IMG/VR virus record: IMGVR_UViG_3300035099_000047
Span: 108,228 to 172,227 of that record
Source of the DNA: a virus
Length of the DNA: 64,000 bases
Direction: 5' to 3' (one strand)
The position numbers and the translations under genes were made by a program. Of this stretch, positions 1-8,695 are shown piece by piece. Position 1 is the first letter of the stretch. Each line of letters opens with the position of its first letter. The notes below the pieces were generated by a model. The model ran no database searches and was not told where the DNA came from. It saw only the letters and a program-made list of their open reading frames with translations.

Positions 1-484
1 AGTGGTGGCGTATGCTACCTCTAATCCCTCCATGGAATACCAACTTGTTATTCTCATCTACAGTAGCCGACCTGTTTACGAATTCGGCTACTCGCTTGTG
101 AGTGAATTCCCACTTGTTTGCAGTGGGGTCGAGGAATTCTTCGTAACCATCGCAGTATCCATTTTCTTGCTTGGCAGACATCCTGCGGTACAAAGGCATC
201 AAGCTATCGCCTGGTTGTAAGTCCTTAGTTGCTTTGTATTCTCTATTTTTCATCAGCCACAAGTGATCAGGTGTAACTTTTTCGGACATTCCATTGTCCA
301 GAATCACCTTGAACACAGGCACATTGATCCCGCTTCTGAAAGGTTTCCCTGCCTTGCCTGGCACTATCTTTCGTCTCTGATGATCGTAACTGTAAAGCCA
401 GATTTGGCCTGCATAATCAAATAGTTCCTCAATTGTCCGCTCGGTACCATCTAGCAAAGGGATCTTTGTGTCTTTAGTCAAACA
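1..484 (-). mobile_element. Intein (partial) with probable HNH homing endonuclease
   Basis: Block A CLTKDTKIPLLDG starts at 484. Block B LDNG...VTPDH follows, then GDSLMPLYRR...GYEEF...WEFTHKRVA...IRHH, typical of the start of an HNH insert. Confidence 0.85.
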
Positions 485-898
485 TTGGGGGGTTCCCGGG
501 CCTATACGATTTGCAGAAATTGTACCAGTTGTAAACGGAGAAGAGGTCAACAAACGTGATGTTAAATTGAAAATTGAAATATCGATAATAGGACTGTAAT
601 CTTTTGGGGGTAGGAATTCTACATCTGCAACTCCAAGCAAACCCTCTTCTGCACTTAGATCAATATAGCTACTTTCTGTTTGCAAACTTATTTCTCCACT
701 AGGGCTCCCCACATAAGCATATCGGCGTTCCTTCCGGTTCACGTACTGATTGAACAAGTCCAATGCCCGATCAATAGCTTCTTGGTAATGGTCAATGTTT
801 TCCCCACTACCACCGCTTTGCACCAGGGCCAAACACCGAGCCCCATAGCCCAGTCGAACCTTAATTTTCTGTGCAATTTGCCCAGCAGTTAGATTCAT
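1..898 (-). CDS. gp13: T4 gp13-like neck/head-completion protein containing an intein; runs off the window edge (not in the ORF track)
   Basis: Hand translation from ATG 898 gives MNLTAGQIAQKIKVRLGYG...YQEAIDRALDLFNQY, resembling the gp13 N-terminus (K..LG...AID.AL..F..Y). The frame is open to position 2 and lies downstream of the capsid gene. Confidence 0.6.
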   Translation of the reverse strand, partial: MNLTAGQIAQKIKVRLGYGARCLALVQSGGSGENIDHYQEAIDRALDLFNQYVNRKERRYAYVGSPSGEISLQTESSYIDLSAEEGLLGVADVEFLPPKDYSPIIDISIFNLTSRLLTSSPFTTGTISANRIGPGTPQCLTKDTKIPLLDGTERTIEELFDYAGQIWLYSYDHQRRKIVPGKAGKPFRSGINVPVFKVILDNGMSEKVTPDHLWLMKNREYKATKDLQPGDSLMPLYRRMSAKQENGYCDGYEEFLDPTANKWEFTHKRVAEFVNRSATVDENNKLVFHGGIRGSIRHH

Positions 899-899
899 A

Positions 900-2180
900 T
901 CAATCCAGTCTTTTCTTTGCCACATAAGTCTGATAACCCTCCCACAAACCTGGATCCGTTCTCAACAGCTTTTCGGCCTTTGGCCACCTTCCACCAATCA
1001 CGTGGCTAGCATATAGATAGCTAAAATCGACCGTAGTAAGTATGGCCGGTTCCCCCAACCGGAACCGCTTGTTTCCCAAGGGACCCCTAGCATAACGGTA
1101 GGCCGCTTCCGGATCTTTGGCCATAGCAGGTTCCCCCATAGGAAACGGCCCATGAAGCGTCTCCGATGCATACCCCAAGGCTATCTTAGCGTTCTTGGAC
1201 ATGGCTGGTTCACCAGCTGGGAATGGGCCAACGATCTCGGAGTAATCAAGAGAACTCTTACCGTTCCTGGCAATTTCGGGCTCCATCTCAGGCCAACCCT
1301 CGGATCCTATGAATTTACGTATGTATTCTATTAAGTGCTCACTTTTAGCAATGGCCGGTTCCCCCAGTGGAAATCGTCTGCCTAGCACTTCATGAGCATA
1401 CCTATAGGCAGCATCACCATCCTTGGCAATGGCCTCTTCACCTTCAGGCCATTCCCCTCCCACTATTCGCTTAGCATAACCAAATGCCTGATCACCACTT
1501 GGGTTAGGTGGAGGGGTCAGCAAACGATTCAACAAAGGCCCAGGCTCCATAGGCTGGTCCTGTACGTCCATCACTTGACTGTAATCAGGCGTGTATTGCA
1601 TGAAAGGAACTCCGTCCTTCAACACAACGTAGATGGCTCCAAAATCCTCCAAATAGCTGCGAGCCCAACTAGAATTAGCTCCACGAGTACACCACCTAGT
1701 GCCCTCCCCTAAAATCCCCAAGCTCCTTGGATCAGTAACACGCAAGGTGATATAAGGGCCGTCAACCTTATTCACTTCAACCCCTTCTAATCCAGATATC
1801 TTGCTTGCCACCTCCGCAGGCACCCGCAGCACCTCTGGCCTTTCTTGTTGCACAGCCCGTTGCAAATCACCGAAAGTAGGGTAACGGTGAATATCACGAT
1901 TCAACTGGCTAGAAGGCTTGCGTTTTAGTTCAGTGAAATGTTGCAAATACTCTTTGACTTTTTCCGCGTCTTCAGGCAGAATGACTTGATGAGTTACCCA
2001 TTGCCTCAAAATCCAACTGTCGTATTGTTTATCAGGTGTTGGATCTGCATCGTCAACCAACCGAGTAATGGTACCCACCGGCAAATCCAATACCCTGTGC
2101 GCTTTCTCCAACTGACTAGACTGTATGCCTTCTTGGAGCATTTGCCGAACCAAACGCGGGTATGGGATTCTATAGGTCAT
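900..2180 (-). CDS. PcfJ-like (WCT motif) domain protein with C-terminal ~25-aa helical repeats; family C; tagged
   Basis: Contains DADPT..K.Y..W, DIHRYP.F and LGEGT.WCTR, shared with ORFs 58245-60041 and 11583-12041. Likely start MTYRIP at 2180, with tag-like LVRQMLQE. Confidence 0.6.
   Translation of the reverse strand: MTYRIPYPRLVRQMLQEGIQSSQLEKAHRVLDLPVGTITRLVDDADPTPDKQYDSWILRQWVTHQVILPEDAEKVKEYLQHFTELKRKPSSQLNRDIHRYPTFGDLQRAVQQERPEVLRVPAEVASKISGLEGVEVNKVDGPYITLRVTDPRSLGILGEGTRWCTRGANSSWARSYLEDFGAIYVVLKDGVPFMQYTPDYSQVMDVQDQPMEPGPLLNRLLTPPPNPSGDQAFGYAKRIVGGEWPEGEEAIAKDGDAAYRYAHEVLGRRFPLGEPAIAKSEHLIEYIRKFIGSEGWPEMEPEIARNGKSSLDYSEIVGPFPAGEPAMSKNAKIALGYASETLHGPFPMGEPAMAKDPEAAYRYARGPLGNKRFRLGEPAILTTVDFSYLYASHVIGGRWPKAEKLLRTDPGLWEGYQTYVAKKRLD
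950..1490 (-). repeat. About 7 tandem ~25-aa protein repeats (A..YA...l.g.fP.GEPAiak)
   Basis: Units such as AYRYAHEVLGRRFPLGEPAIAK, ALGYASETLHGPFPMGEPAMAK and AYRYARGPLGNKRFRLGEPAIL. Confidence 0.8.
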
Positions 2181-2352
2181 GTTCGTTTCTCGCCGAGGCC
2201 CCATCTCTTGAAAAGTAAAGGGGAACGATTTCTTCTTCATTTTGAAGCATTTTTGCGGGAACCCCACCATAAGGGACCCTTTTTACCCACTCAGTCTCAA
2301 ATGGGCTAGCAAGACTGAATCCGGAGGAATTCACCATCACGCTCATTTCTGA

Positions 2353-2706
2353 TCAATGTCCAGCGATGTTTTTCTTTTGGGCTCGTTCATATCGCCTCAG
2401 GACCTTCCTCCCTTTTTCAGTGGTTTGGTAGACACTGTTTCCTGGGGGACCGAGTTTAATAAGCAATCCTTGATCTGTCACTGGTGTTCTCCCCCCACTC
2501 ACAATATAACCAGGCCAAATACCCAAAGCGTAAAGGTCTGTGTTCACATCCGTGAGTCTCGTGGAGGCTCCAACTGCTCTCCTAGCATCAACCAACTCTT
2601 TATAAATGCACCCCTTCAAAGCTGCTCTCAACATAGCAGCTTGACTGCTGGGTATTGTCCGCTTTGCCTCAACCAGTTGTTCAACCATACGCCGGAATCT
2701 TACCAT
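2353..2706 (-). CDS. Family A small protein (winged-helix-like), tagged
   Basis: LRAALKGC...YQTTEKGRKVLRRY. Start MVRFRRMVEQLVE follows a GGAG. Confidence 0.65.
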   Translation of the reverse strand: MVRFRRMVEQLVEAKRTIPSSQAAMLRAALKGCIYKELVDARRAVGASTRLTDVNTDLYALGIWPGYIVSGGRTPVTDQGLLIKLGPPGNSVYQTTEKGRKVLRRYERAQKKNIAGH

Positions 2707-2766
2707 TACCACCAACTCCAATCCTGAACTCTCCACCGTTCCAACCATCTTTTCCAAACCATTTCA

Positions 2767-3864
2767 TCACACTTCCCATCCTTCGTCTGGCTCTTCTGGC
2801 TCCCACTCTTCCTCTTCAGGTTCCCATTCTTCAATATCAAACTCCTCTGGTTCCTTCACCAATTCATTCAACAACTCAGCAGCTTCATCCGGCTCCCGTA
2901 TCACAGCATATACTATGCGGTGCAGGTCCACTGGGGTCTGGGTGGCCAAGGCGTAATATAAATCAGCCAAGGACAAATTGCGGGGCTTGACCGCCAGGAA
3001 CCGCCGCCACAACTCAGGTCCAATTTGAATCAACCATGGCTCATGCCGTATATCATCAGCCTTGCTCAACACTGCCTTGGCTGTAGGCTCGTCCATATGA
3101 GCCAAACCATGATGGCTGATCAACTCCGCCACCCCCTTACTCATCTCCTGAGCCAACACAGGGAAACAAGTCGCCCGGGCATCCACTACCGGGGTCTCCT
3201 CACCCTCTTCATCTGGTTCATACCTAACACGGGTAGACCCTGTAGCCATGTCGCCTAACATTGCTAACATAGCAGGTACATCTATTAACCAATGGTAATG
3301 GTGAGCTCCCGCTGTAAGTTTGTTATACAAGGGTAGCAACCGACGGTCAATTCGATTGATCTCCTGGTCCACCACGTGATGCATGGTCATCATGGCATGA
3401 ACGGCTGAACCGTGAGTCAAGGCGTTCATGGTCAAGCGCTTGTTGACCTCATCAGTCACCTCCAATCTCTCATCAGGCAATTCTTCCTCTTCTTCAAATT
3501 CACTACCAATTCCAACTTCTCCGGTCAACCTGCCTTCCAACATTTCTTCCGGCACACCCCATATTTGCATTGTAATGCGTTTAGCTAGATCAACCAGCTC
3601 TTGAGCATGGGCTCTCTCAATGCGTTGCACCTGCTGGTACAAGCTCATCAGCTCTCTCATATCCAATCCAGATTGTTGCACCCGCTGGCTGGTATATTCC
3701 CAACCGCCGCGGGACAACTCATGGCCAAAAGTTCTCAGGATGGGATGTTGGCTGAACTGGTGACCACCTTGCCGCAACCCTCGCCAAAAGCGGACAGTCT
3801 CAGGATGGGCCTCATCCTCATAAGCTTCATACAATTGGTCAACCAGATTTTCAAAGGTACCCAT
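2767..3864 (-). CDS. Acidic hypothetical phage protein, putative internal head protein, tagged
   Basis: 365-aa ORF starting MGTFENLVDQLYE, with an acidic tail. Confidence 0.7.
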   Translation of the reverse strand: MGTFENLVDQLYEAYEDEAHPETVRFWRGLRQGGHQFSQHPILRTFGHELSRGGWEYTSQRVQQSGLDMRELMSLYQQVQRIERAHAQELVDLAKRITMQIWGVPEEMLEGRLTGEVGIGSEFEEEEELPDERLEVTDEVNKRLTMNALTHGSAVHAMMTMHHVVDQEINRIDRRLLPLYNKLTAGAHHYHWLIDVPAMLAMLGDMATGSTRVRYEPDEEGEETPVVDARATCFPVLAQEMSKGVAELISHHGLAHMDEPTAKAVLSKADDIRHEPWLIQIGPELWRRFLAVKPRNLSLADLYYALATQTPVDLHRIVYAVIREPDEAAELLNELVKEPEEFDIEEWEPEEEEWEPEEPDEGWEV

Positions 3865-4188
3865 ATTGCCTCAGGACCTCCTCCCCTTTTTCCGTAGTTT
3901 GATAAACCTCATTATCAGGACTACCGATCACCAGCAAGGAACCAGAAAGGTCTGGAGGCTCTCTACCAGCCCAAGGTAAATACGTAGTGTACCCTCTCAA
4001 CAATTCCCTGAACGCTTGGCTATCTCTAAAGGTGTCCTGTGTTCCCCCATCCTTTTGTATGTTTCTTGCATTTCCGCGGCACTGCAACCGCCCAGAGCGG
4101 CCTGCAATAAGCGCATTTGAAACGGAATCCATTCATCTTGCGGTTCATCTTCACAAAGTCGTTCAACGGCTTTTTCAAAGATACCCAT
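3851..4188 (-). pseudogene. Frameshifted family A gene, tagged
   Basis: The N-half MGIFEKAVERLCE...LLQAALGGC (3997-4188) and the C-half ...VYQTTEKGEEVLRQY (3851-4132) are in different frames. A G5 run near 4044-4048 is a candidate shift site. Confidence 0.7.
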
Positions 4189-4489
4189 ATTGCTTCAGAA
4201 TTTCCATCCCTTTTTCTGTGGTTTGATAAATATGTCTCTTACCCTTCACGCCTCCAAATCTAGTCATCCATCCTTTGCCAGCAGGGTGCCAGTCCCCTAA
4301 CAAATACAAATAGTTGTTCACACTCCACAAGCTCTTCCATTCTCCAGCAGCCTTATCCAAGTCATTCCAAAAGCAGCCTTTTTCAGCCGTTTTCAACAAA
4401 GCTAATGCAAGTGGAGACGGTTTTCTAACCCTTTGGGCTTCCACCAATTGGTGAACCACTTGCTCAAACCCACCTGCGTTCACGCTCAT
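4175..4489 (-). CDS. Family A small protein, tagged
   Basis: GGFEQVVHQLVE; LLKTAEKGC; IYQTTEKGMEILKQY. Confidence 0.7.
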   Translation of the reverse strand: MSVNAGGFEQVVHQLVEAQRVRKPSPLALALLKTAEKGCFWNDLDKAAGEWKSLWSVNNYLYLLGDWHPAGKGWMTRFGGVKGKRHIYQTTEKGMEILKQYGYL

Positions 4490-4760
4490 ACCTTTTCAAC
4501 GCTTCCAAACCTCTTTTGGTCGTTTGGAAAATCCGCCCTTCATGGTGACCAAAACGCACTATCCAACCAAACATCTCAAAGATTCCGATCCACTCCCCCA
4601 CGCGGGCTTGCTTAGGGATAAGGCGCAAATCCTGGCTAAGGCAACCCCCAACGCAAGCCCTTAACACTTTGATTCCATTTTCATCCAAATCCCGACGGAA
4701 AAATTCTTCTTCATCTGCATAAAAACGCATTTCACAAAGTCGGCCAACTTGATGATTCAC
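4464..4760 (-). CDS. Family A small protein, tag partly deleted
   Basis: (V)NHQVGRLCE; VLRACVGGC; FQTTKRGLEALKRY. Confidence 0.6.
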   Translation of the reverse strand: MNHQVGRLCEMRFYADEEEFFRRDLDENGIKVLRACVGGCLSQDLRLIPKQARVGEWIGIFEMFGWIVRFGHHEGRIFQTTKRGLEALKRYERERRWV

Positions 4761-4917
4761 TGAATTCTTCCATTTCCGGTTGAGACAAACCTTGCAAAGC
4801 TACTTTTAATAGCACCACAACATCACTGGACATGAAAGTTGCTTTGTCACCACTGCGGAAGTATACTTCGTGCAAATGATCAATGGCTTGCTCACCTACC
4901 CGAGCTTATTCTCCCAT
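4732..4917 (-). pseudogene. Relic 5' half of a tagged family A gene
   Basis: Hand translation: MGE*ARVGEQAIDHLHEVYFRSGDKATFMSSDVVVLLKVALQGLSQPEM...*. Confidence 0.6.
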
Positions 4918-4934
4918 CCGCTATTCATACCTTC

Positions 4935-5123
4935 TCAAGGCTTCCAAGCCTTGGGAGTTGGGACCACCTTCGGTTTAGGAGGGTTGAACGGCCGGGGCTT
5001 CCCCGGCTTAGTAGGAGGCTGATAAGGCCTGCGCACCGGGACTCTCTTGGGGGGAGCTTTTGGAGGGGCGATTATAGGCTCTTCACTTAACAATTGCAAC
5101 ACAGCGCGTTCAAAACTGTTCAT
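4935..5123 (-). CDS. Short Pro/Lys-rich protein, tagged
   Basis: MNSFERAVLQLLSE followed by P/K-rich low-complexity sequence. Confidence 0.6.
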   Translation of the reverse strand: MNSFERAVLQLLSEEPIIAPPKAPPKRVPVRRPYQPPTKPGKPRPFNPPKPKVVPTPKAWKP

Positions 5124-5433
5124 AGCGGTCCACCTGCATATCATAGAGTTTCATGGGGTCATCGGTCAAAAACAAATCATGCAACCTGGTAGTAGCCAAC
5201 TCGTGGAATGCCTGTTGTTTTTCTTCCTCTGAAGTGTCATCTATCCACTCGGCTTCATCATGATTCCAATAGCACTTATCCGGGAACATTTCAGCTAACT
5301 TTTCCATCAAATCGTCTGGGTCCACAAATACCTTACCAGTGAGGGTAGCCCAAGCATAATAATACCGGTTGCGGCGTCCCCGACTGTGATAATAGCTAAG
5401 AACATCATCCGCAGCTTCCTTGAACCCACCCAT
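5110..5433 (-). CDS. Hypothetical protein with variant tag
   Basis: 107-aa ORF starting MGGFKEAADDVLS. Confidence 0.6.
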   Translation of the reverse strand: MGGFKEAADDVLSYYHSRGRRNRYYYAWATLTGKVFVDPDDLMEKLAEMFPDKCYWNHDEAEWIDDTSEEEKQQAFHELATTRLHDLFLTDDPMKLYDMQVDRYEQF

Positions 5434-5460
5434 AAAAACCCTTTCAAACTAAATCTGTTT

Positions 5461-5757
5461 CTACTTGTTCCTTCCCGCCCTTTCCCAAAATCGGCTTCCA
5501 TCGTATCTTCTCAAGGCTTCCATACCTCTTTTGGTCGTTTGAAACACTCTACCTCCAACTGAACCCAAGACCGCAATCCAACCATCTTCTATAAGCCGAT
5601 ACATAATACTGAACAGCATCCCCCCAACAGCCTGGTCCAACTCGTCAGGTGTACATCCTTTCATTGCTACTCTCAAATAATCAGCTTCATCCGCAGTAGG
5701 AATCCTACCTACGTTGTCCTCACAAATCCGCTCAACTGCTTTTTCAAATCTGTTCAT
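5461..5757 (-). CDS. Family A small protein, tagged
   Basis: MNRFEKAVERICE; YLRVAMKGC; FQTTKRGMEALRRY. ATG 5757 overlaps the upstream TGA. Confidence 0.7.
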   Translation of the reverse strand: MNRFEKAVERICEDNVGRIPTADEADYLRVAMKGCTPDELDQAVGGMLFSIMYRLIEDGWIAVLGSVGGRVFQTTKRGMEALRRYDGSRFWERAGRNK

Positions 5758-5837
5758 ACCCTTCCCTCCCATTGCTCATACCTCCTCAAGGCTTCCAATC
5801 CCTTCAGGTGGTTGACCCTATCTTCAAACAACCCCAA
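5754..5837 (-). CDS. 27-aa mini-ORF: tag fused directly to the family A C-terminus (internal deletion product)
   Basis: TTG start preceded by GGAG; translates as (L)GLFEDRVNHLKGLEALRRYEQWEGRV*. Its stop is coupled to the next ATG. Confidence 0.55.
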   Translation of the reverse strand: MGLFEDRVNHLKGLEALRRYEQWEGRV

Positions 5838-5840
5838 AGC

Positions 5841-6623
5841 TTACTCTCCCGTCAATTGCTTCACATGTTCCAACATTTGAGCCCGCTTAGAACAGGAAAA
5901 CTCCAAATCCAATTTGCTAAGGTACGTAAGCTTGCCTTCCTTGGCCACAAACACGTAATAGGTTTGATCCTTAGTTACATCACTTCGAGTAAATCCATGA
6001 TGGGCCAACACCTCTTCAGTAGTGTGTGTTATTGGCTTAGGTTTCTCAACTTCAATAGTACCTACCTTGATAGGTTTGGCCTCAACCGATTGCTCTTCCT
6101 TGGTCAAGCTGGTTGATCGTGTAGAACTGACTGCAGGTATTGCCGGAGTGCTTATAACCGGCCGAAAGGAGCTAACCTCGGGCACCTGAGCAGGCGGTTC
6201 TGGACTGATATCAAACTCGACCACAGTCATACAAGCCTGTTCGCAAGCTGTGATGCAACTACCATCCTCACTTTGAGTATAAGGGTGAGTTGGCACCGGG
6301 CTCTTGAGACCCACCCGGGGAACAGACCGACTCGTTGGCCAATCGCGTTTGGCGAATTCGGCTGGTCGGACGGATACAGGCCGGGCAGGTCTAGCGGGTC
6401 TGGCTGGAACTGGGAGTTCGGCCGTGGGTGGTTGAAATAGGCCGTCTATAGCCACCCTTATCAAGCACTTATGTCCACTGGGCTTATCCCCTGGGTTGCG
6501 GGCATAGCGGGAGTAATAGGGGTCTGTTACACTTTGACCAGGGGCCAGGGCAATACGGCCCCCGCGTGGATCGCTCAAGAAAACGGTTTGGTCGCTAGCA
6601 TTTACAAATTTGAATTTGGTCAT
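5841..6623 (-). CDS. Hypothetical protein (Pro-rich middle, CxxxCxxxC)
   Basis: 260-aa ORF with a GGAG-containing leader. Confidence 0.6.
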   Translation of the reverse strand: MTKFKFVNASDQTVFLSDPRGGRIALAPGQSVTDPYYSRYARNPGDKPSGHKCLIRVAIDGLFQPPTAELPVPARPARPARPVSVRPAEFAKRDWPTSRSVPRVGLKSPVPTHPYTQSEDGSCITACEQACMTVVEFDISPEPPAQVPEVSSFRPVISTPAIPAVSSTRSTSLTKEEQSVEAKPIKVGTIEVEKPKPITHTTEEVLAHHGFTRSDVTKDQTYYVFVAKEGKLTYLSKLDLEFSCSKRAQMLEHVKQLTGE

Positions 6624-6653
6624 TTCCAGTTCTCCGGTTCGAGTTGAGTAACA

Positions 6654-6932
6654 CTAATCATCTTCATCCGATTCCTCAGCGCATGCTAGACGGTCAATTT
6701 CCACCATGTCAAACTTGGCCTTTTCCAGCATCCCCAAAGCACAACTTAAACAACAGCTACCGGCGATCACCAGCCTTTCTATCAAAAAGATGGCTGCTGA
6801 ACTTTGCATTTTGTCCGGTAATCTTTTGAACAAACAACCCAGGATTGCAGCTTCTTTTTCCACTTCCTCCCAAGTGGCGTTGGCCAAAGGTTCCTCTGAA
6901 TCTGGAGAAGAGTTGTGGTTCAAATCTGACAT
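6654..6932 (-). CDS. Hypothetical protein
   Basis: 92-aa ORF with an AAAGGA RBS. Confidence 0.55.
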   Translation of the reverse strand: MSDLNHNSSPDSEEPLANATWEEVEKEAAILGCLFKRLPDKMQSSAAIFLIERLVIAGSCCLSCALGMLEKAKFDMVEIDRLACAEESDEDD

Positions 6933-7021
6933 TGATAGGTTCCTTTCGCAGGTTGATGGTTGAGCAGCTCACCTAACGCTATTATACAAGGCATCGGTGA
7001 TTCAGTGCCCAGATTAGTTTT

Positions 7022-7073
7022 AAGGGGAGGTGAACTGGCCAACCTGCGAGTAAATGCCAATCCACCTCCCCTT
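7022..7073 (-). terminator. 18-bp RNA hairpin downstream of the capsid gene (terminator, processing or regulatory)
   Basis: AAGGGGAGGUGGAUUGGC / GCCAGUUCACCUCCCCUU, with two G-U pairs that pair only on the minus transcript. Only a short U tail follows. Confidence 0.55.
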
Positions 7074-7173
7074 CAATTGGGTCATGTCTACTTTCCCACC
7101 CCTAACCGGGGACTGCCGTTGCCCGGGTTTGGAAGTGTAACCGATCCCAACCTGCGAGCAAGCCACAACCCCT

Positions 7174-8613
7174 TTACACTAAGGTCCCAACAGCGTAGAA
7201 CCTGTTGTTGATGACTTTTTGTGCTGAACGTGTCAAAAGTCCACGGCGGCTCACAAAGTCATCCAACGTGATGGTGGGCGTGCTGATCAATCCCTGATAC
7301 ACAGCATGCACATAGCCAGTATCCAGGAAGTTGCCTCCCTTGCCACCCATCAGCCACTCATTGGTTGGATACGCCGAATCCTTGTAAACCTCCCAATCTC
7401 CAAGGGTTCCAACCTTCCTAATACCTGCCACCCCACTCACAGGCGGACTCTTAACAAACGCAGGCACCAAGGTCTCGACGATGTTGGCCACATTCATGCC
7501 CACCACCAACCAGGAACCTTGCATCCGCTGAGTCTGTTGGAAAATCGTGTTCGACGTTTCAGTAAAAGCGTCGATCAAGATTTCCTTGTGGTCCTTATAG
7601 CTGACACCAACCGGCGGAGTCGGATCAAACGTCACTGGGCTGGCTGCATTGTATGCAATAGCCCGCAGGTGCCGAATGATCTTTTCGTTGATCTCCTGGC
7701 TGATACGATTGGTGGCCAGCGTGACCAACTCCGTTTCGGCCACAATGCCGTGGACAGCCAGCAGATCCTGTTCGGCTTCAAGGCTCCACCTGAACCTTAG
7801 TTTATTCGGCCTAGTGACTACCGGGCTGGAGGTCAGCTGGATCTCCAATTCCGGAATCAAGTCACTTGCCTCCATGTCATACTCATAGGTGGCTGTAACA
7901 GCGTCGCTATCACTATGACCTGCCGTGAATACCACAGCGTAAACACCTGTGGCATAGTTGACAGTATTGGTGTAAGTGGCATCTGGTGTGCCTACATTAC
8001 CAATCAAATTCCCGTTGCCATCATCCGTGATGTGATAGGTTCCATCGGTGATATCCACTGTGCCTGGCCTTACTGGGTAATAACTCAGTGTACCCTTAAT
8101 TTTGTCGGTGCTAGTAACACCCAGAGCCTCATTCTCCACCACCTCATCAGTGTAGTGGTAACTGCGCTCCGGGCCAGCCTGGGCATCATAGATCTTAGTG
8201 CCCTTGGTGAGTGTACCCTTAGTACGGCCAGCCACGGCGTCCATGTAAAAGACTAGGCCGGTCGGGGCAGGCAGGGGCTGCACGCTGACCAAATCGGCAG
8301 CCACCAGGTTAGCAAACACCATGCGGATGATGGGGAACACGTATTTTTCATACGTACCCACTTGCAAGGTGCGGGTGGCTTCATCCAATCGGTCATAGTA
8401 CCGCTTGGCATTTTCCAACAGAGTGGCCACCAATGCCCGACGATACGGGTCCTCAATACCTTCCATGAAGTTGATGGAGCCTTCCTTGCCCCAATGACGC
8501 AGCCGATTGGCGGGCATATTGCCCCAGCTCTCGGCCAACACCTGTCCTCGATTCAACATGTCCTCCCAAGTTTCGTACATCGAGGACTCTTCAATTGCAT
8601 GTCGATTACCCAT
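7174..8613 (-). CDS. gp23: Major capsid protein, T4 gp23 family
   Basis: ATLLENA, FPIIRMVFANLVAADLVSVQPLPAPTGLVFY, KLRFRWSLEAEQDLLAVHG, ISQEINEKII. Start MGNRH follows GGAG. Confidence 0.95.
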   Translation of the reverse strand: MGNRHAIEESSMYETWEDMLNRGQVLAESWGNMPANRLRHWGKEGSINFMEGIEDPYRRALVATLLENAKRYYDRLDEATRTLQVGTYEKYVFPIIRMVFANLVAADLVSVQPLPAPTGLVFYMDAVAGRTKGTLTKGTKIYDAQAGPERSYHYTDEVVENEALGVTSTDKIKGTLSYYPVRPGTVDITDGTYHITDDGNGNLIGNVGTPDATYTNTVNYATGVYAVVFTAGHSDSDAVTATYEYDMEASDLIPELEIQLTSSPVVTRPNKLRFRWSLEAEQDLLAVHGIVAETELVTLATNRISQEINEKIIRHLRAIAYNAASPVTFDPTPPVGVSYKDHKEILIDAFTETSNTIFQQTQRMQGSWLVVGMNVANIVETLVPAFVKSPPVSGVAGIRKVGTLGDWEVYKDSAYPTNEWLMGGKGGNFLDTGYVHAVYQGLISTPTITLDDFVSRRGLLTRSAQKVINNRFYAVGTLV

Positions 8614-8695
8614 GACTAAGATCTCCAACGAACGGTGCAGTTGATACCATGAGAGTTCGGTCAACGCAACCGAACCCCGACCCAGAAAGAGCCCG

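Noticed and set aside
6980-7010. Sigma-70 promoter at TATAAT upstream of ORF 6654-6932
   Set aside because: No convincing -35 or extended -10 element; not called as a feature.
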